Assembly (NCBI GenBank): GCA_004524535.1
Contig: SDNY01000126.1
Coordinates: 1 to 10,476, forward strand
Direction: 5' to 3'
Length of the DNA stretch: 10,476 nt
Source: Promethearchaeota archaeon
GTDB lineage: Archaea; Asgardarchaeota; Lokiarchaeia; Sigyniarchaeales; SOKP01
Shown here: one piece after another, positions 8,027-10,476 of the stretch
How the letters are laid out: each line of letters opens with the position of its first letter
Position numbering within the stretch: the first letter of the stretch is position 1
The notes under the pieces: model-generated
Told to the model about the DNA's origin: nothing
The model's input: the letters and a program-made list of their open reading frames with translations, nothing else
The model's database searches: none
Translations under genes and position numbers: made by a program

Positions 8027-8506
8027 ATGCAAATCTATATTGATACAGAACTCTGGGTTTTTGCTCAAAAATCACCAGATCCCTCAAGATTTAAAGACAA
8101 AGCTGAATATAATAGGATGTTAGATTTCCATATTAAATCTAGAAAATTCTTACAGGAGCAATTTGCTAATAACACAATTTCAATGACTACCCATCAATTA
8201 TGTGAACTATATCATGCGTTAGGTTTTAGAGGGCAAAAAATGGAACCCACTGAATTAATGAAATACTGTAGAAAGCTAACTGCAAATAAAATAATTACAT
8301 GGTATATAATTTCTAATGATGTCATTAATCAAGCAATAAACTTAAGTGCAAATAGTAAAGTACATATTTGGGATTATATCTGTGTTTTACCACTCTATAA
8401 AGACGTAGAAGTCATTTATTCATGTGATGATCATTTTAAAGATGAAACATTTCAATCATTAGGCCCTAAGATTGAAAATCCTATAGGGGAATGGATCAGT
8501 CTTTAA
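8027..8506 (+). CDS. PIN-domain (VapC-like) toxin
   Basis: Motifs IYIDTELW, QLCELY, HIWDY and IYSCDDHF. AGGAG at 8013-8017. Confidence 0.85.
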   Translation: MQIYIDTELWVFAQKSPDPSRFKDKAEYNRMLDFHIKSRKFLQEQFANNTISMTTHQLCELYHALGFRGQKMEPTELMKYCRKLTANKIITWYIISNDVINQAINLSANSKVHIWDYICVLPLYKDVEVIYSCDDHFKDETFQSLGPKIENPIGEWISL

Positions 8507-8528
8507 AAAGATTGAATACTAAAATTAT

Positions 8529-8588
8529 GAATCCATTAAAATGAAGCCCTATGGGATGCAAATTCTAAAAATTTTCTTGGAATTATAA
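8529..8588 (+). pseudogene. trpG: trpG relic C3, last 20 codons
   Basis: Translates as ESIKMKPYGMQILKIFLEL*. 51/60 nt identical to 905-964 (hand count), without gaps. Confidence 0.9.
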
Positions 8589-9044
8589 CTTTTTATTAAT
8601 TTTCTTTTCAATATCCTGACTTTGCGATTTCTTTTCCAAGAGATTGATGACATCAACAGTCTTATAGATAATTATTTTCGTTTGCTCATTAAAATGTTTA
8701 TCATTAGACCATATTCCATCATTTGTAATCGACAAAGATAATGCAATGAATTCAGTCTCTTTTTCATCAATTTTACCCATTATTTTTAATGCCTCATCCA
8801 TGTCTTTTTCATATTCCTTAATAGGAACTAAATTTAAGTTTTCTAATAAAATATTTAGAAGCTTTTTTATTTCTTCCTCAGTTTTTCCAGATTTTTGAAT
8901 AATGTAATGAAGATATTTCTTTACTTCACTCATAACGATTTCGGGTAAATAAAATTCGAATGATTCATTAAGAAGTAGTTCTCTAGTTGTTGAGTCTTTT
9001 AATAAGCTAGAGATTAATACATTAGTATCAATAATAAGCTTCAT
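8583..9044 (-). CDS. PIN-domain (VapC-like) toxin
   Basis: Motifs LIIDTNVLIS, VMSEV, DEKETEFIALS and IWSNDKHF. ATGA overlap with the upstream antitoxin. Confidence 0.88.
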   Translation of the reverse strand: MKLIIDTNVLISSLLKDSTTRELLLNESFEFYLPEIVMSEVKKYLHYIIQKSGKTEEEIKKLLNILLENLNLVPIKEYEKDMDEALKIMGKIDEKETEFIALSLSITNDGIWSNDKHFNEQTKIIIYKTVDVINLLEKKSQSQDIEKKINKKL

Positions 9045-9283
9045 TTTATCAGTTTTTCAAGATAATCTTTATGCTTTTGCCAACTTCTTTTAGTAATTTC
9101 ATTACTAATATCTTCAACATCATCTATAGTTAATTTACTAGTTGAGGTGATCTTTTCGGTGATTTCAATCTTTTCTATATAACGCTCTAAAGCGGATTGA
9201 GCAATGGTTTCCCATTTTATTTCTGGATGTTTTTTCATCTTTTCGAGTAAAGATTTTGATATATTAAGTTTGATCTCTGTCAT
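9041..9283 (-). CDS. RHH-type antitoxin
   Basis: MTEIKLNISKSLLEKMKKHPEIKWETIAQSALERYI is a common archaeal RHH antitoxin pattern, coupled to the PIN gene. The start is probably 9283 or 9292 rather than the TTG at 9301. Confidence 0.78.
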   Translation of the reverse strand: MTEIKLNISKSLLEKMKKHPEIKWETIAQSALERYIEKIEITEKITSTSKLTIDDVEDISNEITKRSWQKHKDYLEKLIK

Positions 9284-9342
9284 ATTATTCATATTATACA
9301 AATTTTCTAATTAATATATTTTTTTCTTGAGAATTGGGTAAT

Positions 9343-9564
9343 TTAATTAATATTTTTTAATCGTGATTTATATAGATATTTTTCTATTTCTTCCCATTCT
9401 TCAGAATCCTTTTCAAATAAACCTGTAAATTCTTCTATTAAATTTTTTCCTTTTTCTTTATCTATCAATCGGAGAATATAATTCGAAAGGGATTCATCTT
9501 TATGTTTCAAATCCTTTATCTTATTATACACTTCTTCAGAAATATCTATTGATTTATCAGTCAT
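9343..9564 (-). CDS. VapB-family antitoxin (DUF217/COG1753-like), with no cognate toxin adjacent
   Basis: KSIDISEEVYNKIKDLK-KDESLSNYILRLI...L-EF-G matches the K-I-IS-E-Y--L--LK---ES-S--I-RL pattern. Confidence 0.8.
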   Translation of the reverse strand: MTDKSIDISEEVYNKIKDLKHKDESLSNYILRLIDKEKGKNLIEEFTGLFEKDSEEWEEIEKYLYKSRLKNIN

Positions 9565-9640
9565 ATTCTAGTTCTATTAAGTAATTTTTAGTATTTATTT
9601 GTATTTGTCATAAAAACATTATAAATTGAGAGTATTTTAA

Positions 9641-9907
9641 GATTTATGTAATGAATGGAAAACTAAAAATCTTTCAAATAAAGACGACAAAAATTCGATC
9701 TATATCACCTCGAAATTTGTCGGAACGTAAAGATCTTACAAGAATGATCAAAAATGGCAAATTTTTAATGGAAAATGGGCAAAATGGGGATTTTTCTTCA
9801 AAAAATATCACTCGGGCTCTTCCGACATTAAAAGAAATGATATAGCCCAGATTATTGTCGGTTTTAAATTAATGATTTTCAAATTTCAATCAAAACGAAA
9901 AAATTAA
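9641..9907 (+). pseudogene. Possible decayed gene fragment of unknown family
   Basis: A frame other than the called 64-aa ORF runs 89 codons with one internal stop (9728): DLCNEWKTKNLSNKDDKNSIYITSKFVGT*RSYKNDQKWQIFNGKWAKWGFFFKKYHSGSSDIKRNDIAQIIVGFK... No family recognised. Confidence 0.3.
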
Positions 9908-9956
9908 AAATACACTCAATTATAATATTACTTTAGAATTAATTCATCTTGTTTTT

Positions 9957-10226
9957 ATGCACGGCAAGGAATCTAAAATCTTTCACGACCAAGAAAGAAT
10001 TCTTAAAGACATCCCTAATCCACTCTAAGTAATTAGATATCACTCACTTTCCGCAAAATCCGATATTTTACCCCAAGACCTAAAAATTAGTGCGACTGCG
10101 GATGATGGCACGATCATGGGGGTTAGGCATAAACAATATCCTATAGAAGGGGTCCAATTCCATCCCGAGTCGATAAAAATGAAACCCTATGGGATGAAAA
10201 TATTAAAAAACTTCTTGGAACTATGA
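9957..10226 (+). pseudogene. trpG: trpG relic C4, 3' 90 codons
   Basis: MHGKESKIFHDQE...QFHPES...FLEL* is collinear with 695-964. Nonsense CAA->TAA at 10026. About 77% identical to C1 and 84% to C2 (hand count). Confidence 0.93.
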
Positions 10227-10380
10227 ATATGATTTAAAAATTTAAAAAGGATAAATGAGATTTACGTACTCTCACATTAAAAAGAAAAAAAATTAGATTT
10301 AGAATTTGATTTTGCTCAAGATATTATTTTCTTTTTTATAATAAAAATTTATATAATAGAGTTCGAATTTATATTATAGA

Positions 10381-10476
10381 ATGCAAACTATTAAAGAAAG
10401 ATTAAAGAAAATAATTGATGATCAACCTGATGATGCATCTTATGAGGAAATCTTACGAGAAATGCTCTTTGATAAA
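10381..10476 (+). CDS. Probable antitoxin of a RelE/ParE module (runs off the right edge)
   Basis: MQTIKERLKKIIDDQPDDASYEEILREMLFDK... shows the K....I...PDD.S.EEI pattern of small proteins usually encoded upstream of RelE/ParE toxins. AT-rich TATA-like sequence lies upstream. Confidence 0.65.
   Translation, partial: MQTIKERLKKIIDDQPDDASYEEILREMLFDK

Noticed and set aside
9651-9845. 64-aa ORF as a real gene
   Set aside because: No recognisable motif, and an overlapping frame looks more protein-like. Neither reading is well supported.
10256-10274. TGAGA-N9-TCTCA hairpin after C4
   Set aside because: A 5-bp stem is too weak to call a terminator or recombination site.
1-10476. CRISPR array, integron attC sites, IS element, tRNA or diversity-generating retroelement
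   Set aside because: No regular repeat-spacer units, attC-like long palindromes, transposase, terminal inverted repeats, cloverleaf or reverse transcriptase were seen. Differences between trpG copies are codon-structured, not adenine-specific.

Overview
Very AT-rich window that looks archaeal: TATA/BRE promoters and archaeal-type VapBC families. Asgard/Lokiarchaeia-like is an inference only. It opens with the 3' end of trpE and an intact trpG (371-976). The remaining ~9.5 kb is accessory DNA punctuated by three more degenerate, same-orientation trpG copies (7114-7700, 8529-8588, 9957-10226). These relics have different 5' ends but all stop at the same codon (FLEL*). They differ from the intact gene and from each other mostly at synonymous sites (about 76-85% identity by hand count). 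Every trpG 3' end is directly followed by a toxin-antitoxin gene. Cargo comprises three complete PIN toxin/antitoxin pairs, an orphan VapB, an uncalled 5'-truncated RelE/ParE toxin, a ParD-like antitoxin at the window edge, a Vsr/PD-(D/E)XK-like nuclease fragment, an uncalled zinc-finger pseudogene, a TPR protein, and an 880-aa TPR protein with two integrase core-binding-like domains. No integrase, transposase, attC site, tRNA or CRISPR array is visible. Best reading: a trpG-anchored accretion array of TA/defence cassettes, in which the housekeeping gene itself acts as the repeated recombination anchor.
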